From: the human T2T-CHM13v2.0 reference genome, Homo sapiens
DNA length: 64,000 nucleotides
Strand: one strand, 5' to 3'
Assembly (NCBI RefSeq): GCF_009914755.1
Contig: NC_060941.1
Positions within the stretch are counted from its first letter, which is position 1; every line of letters starts with the position of its first letter. The position numbers were made by a program, and so were the translations under genes. Below, piece by piece: positions 25,401 to 40,400 of the stretch. Under the pieces are notes generated by a model. That model had not been told where the DNA came from. It was given only the letters and a program-made list of their open reading frames with translations, and did not search any database.

Positions 25401-28400
25401 ATTCTCAGAACCTTCTTCGTGATGTCTGCATTCAACTCACAGTGTGGAACCTTTCTTTGATAGTTCAGGTTTGAAACACTCTTTTTGTAGAAACTGCAAG
25501 GGGATAATTGCACTCTTTGAGGAGTACCGTAGTAAAGGAAATAACTTCCTATAAAAAGAAGACAGAAGCTTTCTCAGAAAATTCTTTGGGATGATTGAGT
25601 TGAACTCACAGAGCTGAGCATTCCTTGCGATGTAGCAGTTTAGAAACACACTTTCTGCAGAATCTGCAAGTGCATATTTGGACCTCTGTGAGGAATTCGT
25701 TGGAAACGGGATAATTTCAGCTGACTAAACAGAAGCAGTCTCAGAATCTTCTTTGTGATGTTTGCATTCAAATCCCCGAGTTGAACTTTCCTTTCAAAGT
25801 TCACGTTTGAAACACTCTTTTTGCAGGATCTACAAGTGGATATTTGGACCACTCTGTGTCCTTCGTTCGAAACGGGTATATCTTCACATGACATCTAGAC
25901 AGAAGCATCCTCAGAAGCTTCTCTGTGATGACTGCATTCAACTCACGGAGTTGAACACTCCTTTTGAGAGCGCAGTTTTGAAACTCTCTTTCTGTGGCAT
26001 CTGCAAGGGGACATGTAGACCTCTTTGAAGATTTCGTTGGAAACGGAATCATCTTCACATAAAAACTACACAGATGCATTCTCAGGAACTTTTTGGTGAT
26101 GTTTGTATTCAACTCCCAGAGTTGAACTTTCCTTTGGAAAGAGCAGCTATGAAACACTGTTTTTCTAGAATCTGCAAGTGGACGTTTGGAGGGCTTTGTG
26201 GTTTGTGGTGGAAAAGGAAATATCTTCACCTAAATACTAGATAGAAGCATTCTCAGAAACTGCTTTGTGATGATTGCATTCACCTCACAGAGTTGAACAT
26301 TCCTATTGATAGAGCAGTTTGGAAACACTCTTGTTGTGGAATGTGCAAGTGGAGATTTGGAGCGCTTTGAGGCCTATGGTAGTAAAGGGAATAGCTTCAT
26401 AGAAAAACTAGACAGAAGCATTCTCAGAAAATACTTTGTGATGATTGAGTTTAACTCACAGAGCTGAACATTCCTTTGGATGGAGCAGGTTTGAGACACA
26501 CTTTTTGTAGAATCTACAAGTGGATATTTGGACCTCTCTGAGGATTTCGTTGGAAACGCGATAACTGCACCTAACTAAACGGAAGCATTCTCAGAAACTT
26601 CTTGGTGATGTTTGCATTCAAATCCCAGAGTTGAACCTTCCTTTGATAGTTCAGGTTTGAAACACTCTTTTTGTAGGATCTGCAAGTGGATATTTGGACC
26701 ACTCTGTGGCCTTCGTTCGAAACGGGTATATCTTCGCATAAAATCTAGACAGAAGCCTTCTCAGAAACTTCTCTGTGATGATTGCATTCAACTCACAGAG
26801 TTGAACCCTCCTATGGATAGAGCAGTGTTGAAACTCTCTTTTTGTGGAATCTGCAAGTGGCTACGTGGACCTCTCCGAAGATGTCTTTGGAAACGGGAAT
26901 ATCTTCACATAAAAACTAAACAGAAGCATTCTCAGAAACTTCTCTGTGATGTTTGTGTTCAACTCCCAGAGTTTCACATTGCTTTTCATAGAGTAGTTCT
27001 GAAACATGCTTTTCGTAGTGTCTACAAGTGGACATTTGGAGCGCTTTCAGGCCTGTGGTGGAAAACGAATTATGGTCACATAAAAACTGGAGAGAAGCAT
27101 TGTCAGAAACTTCTTTGTGATGATTGCATTCAACTCACAGAGTTGAAGGTTCCTTTTCAAAGAGCAGTTTCCAATCACTCTTTCTGTGGAATCTGCAAGT
27201 GGATATTTGGACCTATTTTGAAGATTTCGTTGGAAACGGGAGAATCTTCACAGAAAAGCTAAACAGAAGCATTCTCAGAAACTTCTTTGTGATGCTTGCA
27301 TTCAACTCACAGAGTTGAACTTTCCTTTCGAGAGAGAAGCTTTGAAACACTCTTTTTCCAGAATCTGCAAGTGGACATTTGGAGGGCTTTGAGGCCTGTG
27401 GTGGAAAAGGAATTATCTTCCCGTAAAAGCTAGATAGAAGCATTCTCAGAAACTACTTTGTGATGATTGCATTCAAGTCACAGAGTTGAACATTCCCTTT
27501 GACAGAGCAGTTTGGAAACTCTCTTTGTGTAGAATCTGCAAGTGGAGATATGGACCGCTTTGAGGCCTATGGTAGTAAAGGAAATAGCTTCATATAAAAG
27601 CTAGACAGTAGCATTCACAGAAAACTCTTGGTGACGACTGAGTTTAACTCACAGAGCTGAACATTCCTTTGGATGGAGCAGTTTCGAAACACACTATTTG
27701 TAGAATGTGCAAGTGGATATTTAGGCCTCTCTGAGGATTTCGTTGGAAACGGGATAAACCGCACAGAACTAAACAGAAGCATCCTCAGAACCTTCTTCGT
27801 GATGTTTGCATTCAACTCACAGTGTTGAACCTTTCTTTGATAGTTCAGGTTTGAAACGGTCTTTCTGTAGAAACTGCAAGTAGATATTTGGACCTCTCTG
27901 AGGATTTCGTTGGAAACGGGATAACCCGCACAGAACTAAAACAGAAGCATTCTCAGAACCCTCTTCGTGATGTTTGCATTCAACTCACAGTGCTGAACCT
28001 TTCTTTGATAGTTCAGCTTTGAAACACTCTTTTTGTAGAAACTGCAAGTGGATATTTGGTCCTCTCTGAGGAATTCGTTGGAAACGGGATAAACTGCACA
28101 GAACTAAACAGAAGCATTCTCAGAACCTTCTTCGTGATGTCTGCATTCAACTCACAGTGTGGAACCTTTCTTTGATAGTTCAGGTTTGAAACACTCTTTT
28201 TGTAGAAACTGCAAGGGGATAATTGCACTCTTTGAGGAGTACCGTAGTAAAGGAAATAACTTCCTATAAAAAGAAGACAGAAGCTTTCTCAGAAAATTCT
28301 TTGGGATGATTGAGTTGAACTCACAGAGCTGAGCATTCCTTGCGATGTAGCAGTTTAGAAACACACTTTCTGCAGAATCTGCAAGTGCATATTTGGACCT

Positions 28401-31400
28401 CTGTGAGGAATTCGTTGGAAACGGGATAATTTCAGCTGACTAAACAGAAGCAGTCTCAGAATCTTCTTTGTGATGTTTGCATTCAAATCCCCGAGTTGAA
28501 CTTTCCTTTCAAAGTTCACGTTTGAAACACTCTTTTTGCAGGATCTACAAGTGGATATTTGGACCACTCTGTGTCCTTCGATCGAAACGGGTGTATCTTC
28601 ACATGACATCTAGACAGAAGCATCCTCAGAAGCTTCTCTGTGATGACTGCATTCAACTCACGGAGTTGAACACTCCTTTTGAGAGCGCAGTTTTGAAACT
28701 CTCTTTCTGTGGCATCTGCAAGGGGACATGTAGACCTCTTTGAAGATTTCGTTGGAAACGGAATCATCTTCACATAAAAACTACACAGATGCATTCTCAG
28801 GAACTTTTTGGTGATGTTTGTATTCAACTCCCAGAGTTGAACTTTCCTTTGGAAAGAGCAGCTATGAAACACTGTTTTTCTAGAATCTGCAAGTGGACGT
28901 TTGGAGGGCTTTGTGGTTTGTGGTGGAAAAGGAAATATCTTCACCTAAATACTAGATAGAAGCATTCTCAGAAACTGCTTTGTGATGATTGCATTCACCT
29001 CACAGAGTTGAACATTCCTATTGATAGAGCAGTTTGGAAACACTCTTGTTGTGGAATGTGCAAGTGGAGATTTGGAGCGCTTTGAGGCCTATGGTAGTAA
29101 AGGGAATAGCTTCATAGAAAAACTAGACAGAAGCATTCTCAGAAAATACTTTGTGATGATTGAGTTTAACTCACAGAGCTGAACATTCCTTTGGATGGAG
29201 CAGGTTTGAGACACACTTTTTGTAGAATCTACAAGTGGATATTTGGACCTCTCTGAGGATTTCGTTGGAAACGGGATAACTGCACCTAACTAAACGGAAG
29301 CATTCTCAGAAACTTCTTGGTGATGTTTGCATTCAAATCCCAGAGTTGAACCTTCCTTTGATAGTTCAGGTTTGAAACACTCTTTTTGTAGGATCTGCAA
29401 GTGGATATTTGGACCACTCTGTGGCCTTCGTTCGAAACGGGTATATCTTCGCATAAAATCTAGACAGAAGCCTTCTCAGAAACTTCTCTGTGATGATTGC
29501 ATTCAACTCACAGAGTTGAACCCTCCTATGGATAGAGCAGTGTTGAAACTCTCTTTTTGTGGAATCTGCAAGTGGATACGTGGACCTCTCCGAAGATGTC
29601 TTTGGAAACGGGAATATCTTCACATAAAAACTAAACAGAAGCATTCTCAGAAACTTCTCTGTGATGTTTGTGTTCAACTCCCAGAGTTTCACATTGCTTT
29701 TCATAGAGTAGTTCTGAAACATGCTTTTCGTAGTGTCTACAAGTGGACATTTGGAGCGCTTTCAGGCCTGTGGTGGAAAACGAATTATGGTCACATAAAA
29801 ACTGGAGAGAAGCATTGTCAGAAACTTCTTTGTGATGATTGCATTCAACTCACAGAGTTGAAGGTTCCTTTTCAAAGAGCAGTTTCCAATCACTCTTTCT
29901 GTGGAATCTGCAAGTGGATATTTGGACCTATTTTGAAGATTTCGTTGGAAACGGGAGAATCTTCACAGGAAAGCTAAACAGAAGCATTCTCAGAAACTTC
30001 TTTGTGATGCTTGCATTCAACTCACAGAGTTGAACTTTCCTTTCGAGAGAGAAGCTTTGAAACACTCTTTTTCCAGAATCTGCAAGTGGACATTTGGAGG
30101 GCTTTGAGGCCTGTGGTGGAAAAGGAATTATCTTCCCGTAAAAGCTAGATAGAAGCATTCTCAGAAACTACTTTGTGATGATTGCATTCAAGTCACAGAG
30201 TTGAACATTCCCTTTGACAGAGCAGTTTGGAAACTCTCTTTGTGTAGAATCTGCAAGTGGAGATATGGACCGCTTTGAGGCCTATGGTAGTAAAGGAAAT
30301 AGCTTCATATAAAAGCTAGACAGTAGCATTCACAGAAAACTCTTGGTGACGACTGAGTTTAACTCACAGAGCTGAACATTCCTTTGGATGGAGCAGTTTC
30401 GAAACACACTATTTGTAGAATGTGCAAGTGGATATTTAGGCCTCTCTGAGGATTTCGTTGGAAACGGGATAAACCGCACAGAACTAAACAGAAGCATTCT
30501 CAGAACCTTCTTCGTGATGTTTGCATTCAACTCACAGTGTTGAACCTTTCTTTGATAGTTCAGGTTTGAAACGGTCTTTCTGTAGAAACTGCAAGTAGAT
30601 ATTTGGACCTCTCTGAGGATTTCGTTGGAAACGGGATAACCCGCACAGAACTAAAACAGAAGCATTCTCAGAACCCTCTTCGTGATGTTTGCATTCAACT
30701 CACAGTGCTGAACCTTTCTTTGATAGTTCAGCTTTGAAACACTCTTTTTGTAGAAACTGCAAGTGGATATTTGGTCCTCTCTGAGGAATTCGTTGGAAAC
30801 GGGATAAACTGCACAGAACTAAACAGAAGCATTCTCAGAACCTTCTTCGTGATGTCTGCATTCAACTCACAGTGTGGAACCTTTCTTTGATAGTTCAGGT
30901 TTGAAACACTCTTTTTGTAGAAACTGCAAGGGGATAATTGCACTCTTTGAGGAGTACCGTAGTAAAGGAAATAACTTCCTATAAAAAGAAGACAGAAGCT
31001 TTCTCAGAAAATTCTTTGGGATGATTGAGTTGAACTCACAGAGCTGAGCATTCCTTGCGATGTAGCAGTTTAGAAACACACTTTCTGCAGAATCTGCAAG
31101 TGCATATTTGGACCTCTGTGAGGAATTCGTTGGAAACGGGATAATTTCAGCTGACTAAACAGAAGCAGTCTCAGAATCTTCTTTGTGATGTTTGCATTCA
31201 AATCCCCGAGTTGAACTTTCCTTTCAAAGTTCACGTTTGAAACACTCTTTTTGCAGGATCTACAAGTGGATATTTGGACCACTCTGTGTCCTTCGTTCGA
31301 AACGGGTATATCTTCACATGACATCTAGACAGAAGCATCCTCAGAAGCTTCTCTGTGATGACTGCATTCAACTCACGGAGTTGAACACTCCTTTTGAGAG

Positions 31401-34400
31401 CGCAGTTTTGAAACTCTCTTTCTGTGGCATCTGCAAGGGGACATGTAGACCTCTTTGAAGATTTCGTTGGAAACGGAATCATCTTCACATAAAAACTACA
31501 CAGATGCATTCTCAGGAACTTTTTGGTGATGTTTGTATTCAACTCCCAGAGTTGAACTTTCCTTTGGAAAGAGCAGCTATGAAACACTGTTTTTCTAGAA
31601 TCTGCAAGTGGACGTTTGGAGGGCTTTGTGGTTTGTGGTGGAAAAGGAAATATCTTCACCTAAATACTAGATAGAAGCATTCTCAGAAACTGCTTTGTGA
31701 TGATTGCATTCACCTCACAGAGTTGAACATTCCTATTGATAGAGCAGTTTGGAAACACTCTTGTTGTGGAATGTGCAAGTGGAGATTTGGAGCGCTTTGA
31801 GGCCTATGGTAGTAAAGGGAATAGCTTCATAGAAAAACTAGACAGAAGCATTCTCAGAAAATACTTTGTGATGATTGAGTTTAACTCACAGAGCTGAACA
31901 TTCCTTTGGATGGAGCAGGTTTGAGACACACTTTTTGTAGAATCTACAAGTGGATATTTGGACCTCTCTGAGGATTTCGTTGGAAACGGGATAACTGCAC
32001 CTAACTAAACGGAAGCATTCTCAGAAACTTCTTGGTGATGTTTGCATTCAAATCCCAGAGTTGAACCTTCCTTTGATAGTTCAGGTTTGAAACACTCTTT
32101 TTGTAGGATCTGCAAGTGGATATTTGGACCACTCTGTGGCCTTCGTTCGAAACGGGTATATCTTCGCATAAAATCTAGACAGAAGCCTTCTCAGAAACTT
32201 CTCTGTGATGATTGCATTCAACTCACAGAGTTGAACCCTCCTATGGATAGAGCAGTGTTGAAACTCTCTTTTTGTGGAATCTGCAAGTGGATACGTGGAC
32301 CTCTCCGAAGATGTCTTTGGAAACGGGAATATCTTCACATAAAAACTAAACAGAAGCATTCTCAGAAACTTCTCTGTGATGTTTGTGTTCAACTCCCAGA
32401 GTTTCACATTGCTTTTCATAGAGTAGTTCTGAAACATGCTTTTCGTAGTGTCTACAAGTGGACATTTGGAGCGCTTTCAGGCCTGTGGTGGAAAACGAAT
32501 TATGGTCACATAAAAACTGGAGAGAAGCATTGTCAGAAACTTCTTTGTGATGATTGCATTCAACTCACAGAGTTGAAGGTTCCTTTTCAAAGAGCAGTTT
32601 CCAATCACTCTTTCTGTGGAATCTGCAAGTGGATATTTGGACCTATTTTGAAGATTTCGTTGGAAACGGGAGAATCTTCACAGGAAAGCTAAACAGAAGC
32701 ATTCTCAGAAACTTCTTTGTGATGCTTGCATTCAACTCACAGAGTTGAACTTTCCTTTCGAGAGAGAAGCTTTGAAACACTCTTTTTCCAGAATCTGCAA
32801 GTGGACATTTGGAGGGCTTTGAGGCCTGTGGTGGAAAAGGAATTATCTTCCCGTAAAAGCTAGATAGAAGCATTCTCAGAAACTACTTTGTGATGATTGC
32901 ATTCAAGTCACAGAGTTGAACATTCCCTTTGACAGAGCAGTTTGGAAACTCTCTTTGTGTAGAATCTGCAAGTGGAGATATGGACCGCTTTGAGGCCTAT
33001 GGTAGTAAAGGAAATAGCTTCATATAAAAGCTAGACAGTAGCATTCACAGAAAACTCTTGGTGACGACTGAGTTTAACTCACAGAGCTGAACATTCCTTT
33101 GGATGGAGCAGTTTCGAAACACACTATTTGTAGAATGTGCAAGTGGATATTTAGGCCTCTCTGAGGATTTCGTTGGAAACGGGATAAACCGCACAGAACT
33201 AAACAGAAGCATTCTCAGAACCTTCTTCGTGATGTTTGCATTCAACTCACAGTGTTGAACCTTTCTTTGATAGTTCAGGTTTGAAACGGTCTTTCTGTAG
33301 AAACTGCAAGTAGATATTTGGACCTCTCTGAGGATTTCGTTGGAAACGGGATAACCCGCACAGAACTAAAACAGAAGCATTCTCAGAACCCTCTTCGTGA
33401 TGTTTGCATTCAACTCACAGTGCTGAACCTTTCTTTGATAGTTCAGCTTTGAAACACTCTTTTTGTAGAAACTGCAAGTGGATATTTGGTCCTCTCTGAG
33501 GAATTCGTTGGAAACGGGATAAACTGCACAGAACTAAACAGAAGCATTCTCAGAACCTTCTTCGTGATGTCTGCATTCAACTCACAGTGTGGAACCTTTC
33601 TTTGATAGTTCAGGTTTGAAACACTCTTTTTGTAGAAACTGCAAGGGGATAATTGCACTCTTTGAGGAGTACCGTAGTAAAGGAAATAACTTCCTATAAA
33701 AAGAAGACAGAAGCTTTCTCAGAAAATTCTTTGGGATGATTGAGTTGAACTCACAGAGCTGAGCATTCCTTGCGATGTAGCAGTTTAGAAACACACTTTC
33801 TGCAGAATCTGCAAGTGCATATTTGGACCTCTGTGAGGAATTCGTTGGAAACGGGATAATTTCAGCTGACTAAACAGAAGCAGTCTCAGAATCTTCTTTG
33901 TGATGTTTGCATTCAAATCCCCGAGTTGAACTTTCCTTTCAAAGTTCACGTTTGAAACACTCTTTTTGCAGGATCTACAAGTGGATATTTGGACCACTCT
34001 GTGTCCTTCGATCGAAACGGGTATATCTTCACATGACATCTAGACAGAAGCATCCTCAGAAGCTTCTCTGTGATGACTGCATTCAACTCACGGAGTTGAA
34101 CACTCCTTTTGAGAGCGCAGTTTTGAAACTCTCTTTCTGTGGCATCTGCAAGGGGACATGTAGACCTCTTTGAAGATTTCGTTGGAAACGGAATCATCTT
34201 CACATAAAAACTACACAGATGCATTCTCAGGAACTTTTTGGTGATGTTTGTATTCAACTCCCAGAGTTGAACTTTCCTTTGGAAAGAGCAGCTATGAAAC
34301 ACTGTTTTTCTAGAATCTGCAAGTGGACGTTTGGAGGGCTTTGTGGTTTGTGGTGGAAAAGGAAATATCTTCACCTAAATACTAGATAGAAGCATTCTCA

Positions 34401-37400
34401 GAAACTGCTTTGTGATGATTGCATTCACCTCACAGAGTTGAACATTCCTATTGATAGAGCAGTTTGGAAACACTCTTGTTGTGGAATGTGCAAGTGGAGA
34501 TTTGGAGCGCTTTGAGGCCTATGGTAGTAAAGGGAATAGCTTCATAGAAAAACTAGACAGAAGCATTCTCAGAAAATACTTTGTGATGATTGAGTTTAAC
34601 TCACAGAGCTGAACATTCCTTTGGATGGAGCAGGTTTGAGACACACTTTTTGTAGAATCTACAAGTGGATATTTGGACCTCTCTGAGGATTTCGTTGGAA
34701 ACGGGATAACTGCACCTAACTAAACGGAAGCATTCTCAGAAACTTCTTGGTGATGTTTGCATTCAAATCCCAGAGTTGAACCTTCCTTTGATAGTTCAGG
34801 TTTGAAACACTCTTTTTGTAGGATCTGCAAGTGGATATTTGGACCACTCTGTGGCCTTCGTTCGAAACGGGTATATCTTCGCATAAAATCTAGACAGAAG
34901 CCTTCTCAGAAACTTCTCTGTGATGATTGCATTCAACTCACAGAGTTGAACCCTCCTATGGATAGAGCAGTGTTGAAACTCTCTTTTTGTGGAATCTGCA
35001 AGTGGCTACGTGGACCTCTCCGAAGATGTCTTTGGAAACGGGAATATCTTCACATAAAAACTAAACAGAAGCATTCTCAGAAACTTCTCTGTGATGTTTG
35101 TGTTCAACTCCCAGAGTTTCACATTGCTTTTCATAGAGTAGTTCTGAAACATGCTTTTCGTAGTGTCTACAAGTGGACATTTGGAGCGCTTTCAGGCCTG
35201 TGGTGGAAAACGAATTATGGTCACATAAAAACTGGAGAGAAGCATTGTCAGAAACTTCTTTGTGATGATTGCATTCAACTCACAGAGTTGAAGGTTCCTT
35301 TTCAAAGAGCAGTTTCCAATCACTCTTTCTGTGGAATCTGCAAGTGGATATTTGGACCTATTTTGAAGATTTCGTTGGAAACGGGAGAATCTTCACAGGA
35401 AAGCTAAACAGAAGCATTCTCAGAAACTTCTTTGTGATGCTTGCATTCAACTCACAGAGTTGAACTTTCCTTTCGAGAGAGAAGCTTTGAAACACTCTTT
35501 TTCCAGAATCTGCAAGTGGACATTTGGAGGGCTTTGAGGCCTGTGGTGGAAAAGGAATTATCTTCCCGTAAAAGCTAGATAGAAGCATTCTCAGAAACTA
35601 CTTTGTGATGATTGCATTCAAGTCACAGAGTTGAACATTCCCTTTGACAGAGCAGTTTGGAAACTCTCTTTGTGTAGAATCTGCAAGTGGAGATATGGAC
35701 CGCTTTGAGGCCTATGGTAGTAAAGGAAATAGCTTCATATAAAAGCTAGACAGTAGCATTCACAGAAAACTCTTGGTGACGACTGAGTTTAACTCACAGA
35801 GCTGAACATTCCTTTGGATGGAGCAGTTTCGAAACACACTATTTGTAGAATGTGCAAGTGGATATTTAGGCCTCTCTGAGGATTTCGTTGGAAACGGGAT
35901 AAACCGCACAGAACTAAACAGAAGCATTCTCAGAACCTTCTTCGTGATGTTTGCATTCAACTCACAGTGTTGAACCTTTCTTTGATAGTTCAGGTTTGAA
36001 ACGGTCTTTCTGCAGAAACTGCAAGTAGATATTTGGACCGCTCTGAGGATTTCGTTGGAAACGGGATAACCCGCACAGAACTAAAACAGAAGCATTCTCA
36101 GAACCCTCTTCGTGATGTTTGCATTCAACTCACAGTGCTGAACCTTTCTTTGATAGTTCAGCTTTGAAACACTCTTTTTGTAGAAACTGCAAGTGGATAT
36201 TTGGTCCTCTCTGAGGATTTCGTTGGAAACGGGATAAACTGCACAGAACTAAACAGAAGCATTCTCAGAACCTTCTTCGTGATGTCTGCATTCAACTCAC
36301 AGTGTGGAACCTTTCTTTGATAGTTCAGGTTTGAAACACTCTTTTTGTAGAAACTGCAAGGGGATAATTGCACTCTTTGAGGAGTACCGTAGTAAAGGAA
36401 ATAACTTCCTATAAAAAGAAGACAGAAGCTTTCTCAGAAAATTCTTTGGGATGATTGAGTTGAACTCACAGAGCTGAGCATTCCTTGCGATGTAGCAGTT
36501 TAGAAACACACTTTCTGCAGAATCTGCAAGTGCATATTTGGACCTCTGTGAGGAATTCGTTGGAAACGGGATAATTTCAGCTGACTAAACAGAAGCAGTC
36601 TCAGAATCTTCTTTGTGATGTTTGCATTCAAATCCCCGAGTTGAACTTTCCTTTCAAAGTTCACGTTTGAAACACTCTTTTTGCAGGATCTACAAGTGGA
36701 TATTTGGACCACTCTGTGTCCTTCGTTCGAAACGGGTATATCTTCACATGACATCTAGACAGAAGCATCCTCAGAAGCTTCTCTGTGATGACTGCATTCA
36801 ACTCACGGAGTTGAACACTCCTTTTGAGAGCGCAGTTTTGAAACTCTCTTTCTGTGGCATCTGCAAGGGGACATGTAGACCTCTTTGAAGATTTCGTTGG
36901 AAACGGAATCATCTTCACATAAAAACTACACAGATGCATTCTCAGGAACTTTTTGGTGATGTTTGTATTCAACTCCCAGAGTTGAACTTTCCTTTGGAAA
37001 GAGCAGCTATGAAACACTCTTTTTCTAGAATCTGCAAGTGGACGTTTGGAGGGCTTTGTGGTTTGTGGTGGAAAAGGAAATATCTTCACCTAAATACTAG
37101 ATAGAAGCATTCTCAGAAACTGCTTTGTGATGATTGCATTCACCTCACAGAGTTGAACATTCCTATTGATAGAGCAGTTTGGAAACACTCTTGTTGTGGA
37201 ATGTGCAAGTGGAGATTTGGAGCGCTTTGAGGCCTATGGTAGTAAAGGGAATAGCTTCATAGAAAAACTAGACAGAAGCATTCTCAGAAAATACTTTGTG
37301 ATGATTGAGTTTAACTCACAGAGCTGAACATTCCTTTGGATGGAGCAGGTTTGAGACACACTTTTTGTAGAATCTACAAGTGGATATTTGGACCTCTCTG

Positions 37401-40400
37401 AGGATTTCGTTGGAAACGGGATAACTGCACCTAACTAAACGGAAGCATTCTCAGAAACTTCTTGGTGATGTTTGCATTCAAATCCCAGAGTTGAACCTTC
37501 CTTTGATAGTTCAGGTTTGAAACACTCTTTTTGTAGGATCTGCAAGTGGATATTTGGACCACTCTGTGGCCTTCGTTCGAAACGGGTATATCTTCGCATA
37601 AAATCTAGACAGAAGCCTTCTCAGAAACTTCTCTGTGATGATTGCATTCAACTCACAGAGTTGAACCCTCCTATGGATAGAGCAGTGTTGAAACTCTCTT
37701 TTTGTGGAATCTGCAAGTGGATACGTGGACCTCTCCGAAGATGTCTTTGGAAACGGGAATATCTTCACATAAAAACTAAACAGAAGCATTCTCAGAAACT
37801 TCTCTGTGATGTTTGTGTTCAACTCCCAGAGTTTCACATTGCTTTTCATAGAGTAGTTCTGAAACATGCTTTTCGTAGTGTCTACAAGTGGACATTTGGA
37901 GCGCTTTCAGGCCTGTGGTGGAAAACGAATTATGGTCACATAAAAACTGGAGAGAAGCATTGTCAGAAACTTCTTTGTGATGATTGCATTCAACTCACAG
38001 AGTTGAAGGTTCCTTTTCAAAGAGCAGTTTCCAATCACTCTTTCTGTGGAATCTGCAAGTGGATATTTGGACCTATTTTGAAGATTTCGTTGGAAACGGG
38101 AGAATCTTCACAGGAAAGCTAAACAGAAGCATTCTCAGAAACTTCTTTGTGATGCTTGCATTCAACTCACAGAGTTGAACTTTCCTTTCGAGAGAGAAGC
38201 TTTGAAACACTCTTTTTCCAGAATCTGCAAGTGGACATTTGGAGGGCTTTGAGGCCTGTGGTGGAAAAGGAATTATCTTCCCGTAAAAGCTAGATAGAAG
38301 CATTCTCAGAAACTACTTTGTGATGATTGCATTCAAGTCACAGAGTTGAACATTCCCTTTGACAGAGCAGTTTGGAAACTCTCTTTGTGTAGAATCTGCA
38401 AGTGGAGATATGGACCGCTTTGAGGCCTATGGTAGTAAAGGAAATAGCTTCATATAAAAGCTAGACAGTAGCATTCACAGAAAACTCTTGGTGACGACTG
38501 AGTTTAACTCACAGAGCTGAACATTCCTTTGGATGGAGCAGTTTCGAAACACACTATTTGTAGAATGTGCAAGTGGATATTTAGGCCTCTCTGAGGATTT
38601 CGTTGGAAACGGGATAAACCGCACAGAACTAAACAGAAGCATCCTCAGAACCTTCTTCGTGATGTTTGCATTCAACTCACAGTGTTGAACCTTTCTTTGA
38701 TAGTTCAGGTTTGAAACGGTCTTTCTGTAGAAACTGCAAGTAGATATTTGGACCTCTCTGAGGATTTCGTTGGAAACGGGATAACCCGCACAGAACTAAA
38801 ACAGAAGCATTCTCAGAACCCTCTTCGTGATGTTTGCATTCAACTCACAGTGCTGAACCTTTCTTTGATAGTTCAGCTTTGAAACACTCTTTTTGTAGAA
38901 ACTGCAAGTGGATATTTGGTCCTCTCTGAGGAATTCGTTGGAAACGGGATAAACTGCACAGAACTAAACAGAAGCATTCTCAGAACCTTCTTCGTGATGT
39001 CTGCATTCAACTCACAGTGTGGAACCTTTCTTTGATAGTTCAGGTTTGAAACACTCTTTTTGTAGAAACTGCAAGGGGATAATTGCACTCTTTGAGGAGT
39101 ACCGTAGTAAAGGAAATAACTTCCTATAAAAAGAAGACAGAAGCTTTCTCAGAAAATTCTTTGGGATGATTGAGTTGAACTCACAGAGCTGAGCATTCCT
39201 TGCGATGTAGCAGTTTAGAAACACACTTTCTGCAGAATCTGCAAGTGCATATTTGGACCTCTGTGAGGAATTCGTTGGAAACGGGATAATTTCAGCTGAC
39301 TAAACAGAAGCAGTCTCAGAATCTTCTTTGTGATGTTTGCATTCAAATCCCCGAGTTGAACTTTCCTTTCAAAGTTCACGTTTGAAACACTCTTTTTGCA
39401 GGATCTACAAGTGGATATTTGGACCACTCTGTGTCCTTCGATCGAAACGGGTGTATCTTCACATGACATCTAGACAGAAGCATCCTCAGAAGCTTCTCTG
39501 TGATGACTGCATTCAACTCACGGAGTTGAACACTCCTTTTGAGAGCGCAGTTTTGAAACTCTCTTTCTGTGGCATCTGCAAGGGGACATGTAGACCTCTT
39601 TGAAGATTTCGTTGGAAACGGAATCATCTTCACATAAAAACTACACAGATGCATTCTCAGGAACTTTTTGGTGATGTTTGTATTCAACTCCCAGAGTTGA
39701 ACTTTCCTTTGGAAAGAGCAGCTATGAAACACTGTTTTTCTAGAATCTGCAAGTGGACGTTTGGAGGGCTTTGTGGTTTGTGGTGGAAAAGGAAATATCT
39801 TCACCTAAATACTAGATAGAAGCATTCTCAGAAACTGCTTTGTGATGATTGCATTCACCTCACAGAGTTGAACATTCCTATTGATAGAGCAGTTTGGAAA
39901 CACTCTTGTTGTGGAATGTGCAAGTGGAGATTTGGAGCGCTTTGAGGCCTATGGTAGTAAAGGGAATAGCTTCATAGAAAAACTAGACAGAAGCATTCTC
40001 AGAAAATACTTTGTGATGATTGAGTTTAACTCACAGAGCTGAACATTCCTTTGGATGGAGCAGGTTTGAGACACACTTTTTGTAGAATCTACAAGTGGAT
40101 ATTTGGACCTCTCTGAGGATTTCGTTGGAAACGGGATAACTGCACCTAACTAAACGGAAGCATTCTCAGAAACTTCTTGGTGATGTTTGCATTCAAATCC
40201 CAGAGTTGAACCTTCCTTTGATAGTTCAGGTTTGAAACACTCTTTTTGTAGGATCTGCAAGTGGATATTTGGACCACTCTGTGGCCTTCGTTCGAAACGG
40301 GTATATCTTCGCATAAAATCTAGACAGAAGCCTTCTCAGAAACTTCTCTGTGATGATTGCATTCAACTCACAGAGTTGAACCCTCCTATGGATAGAGCAG

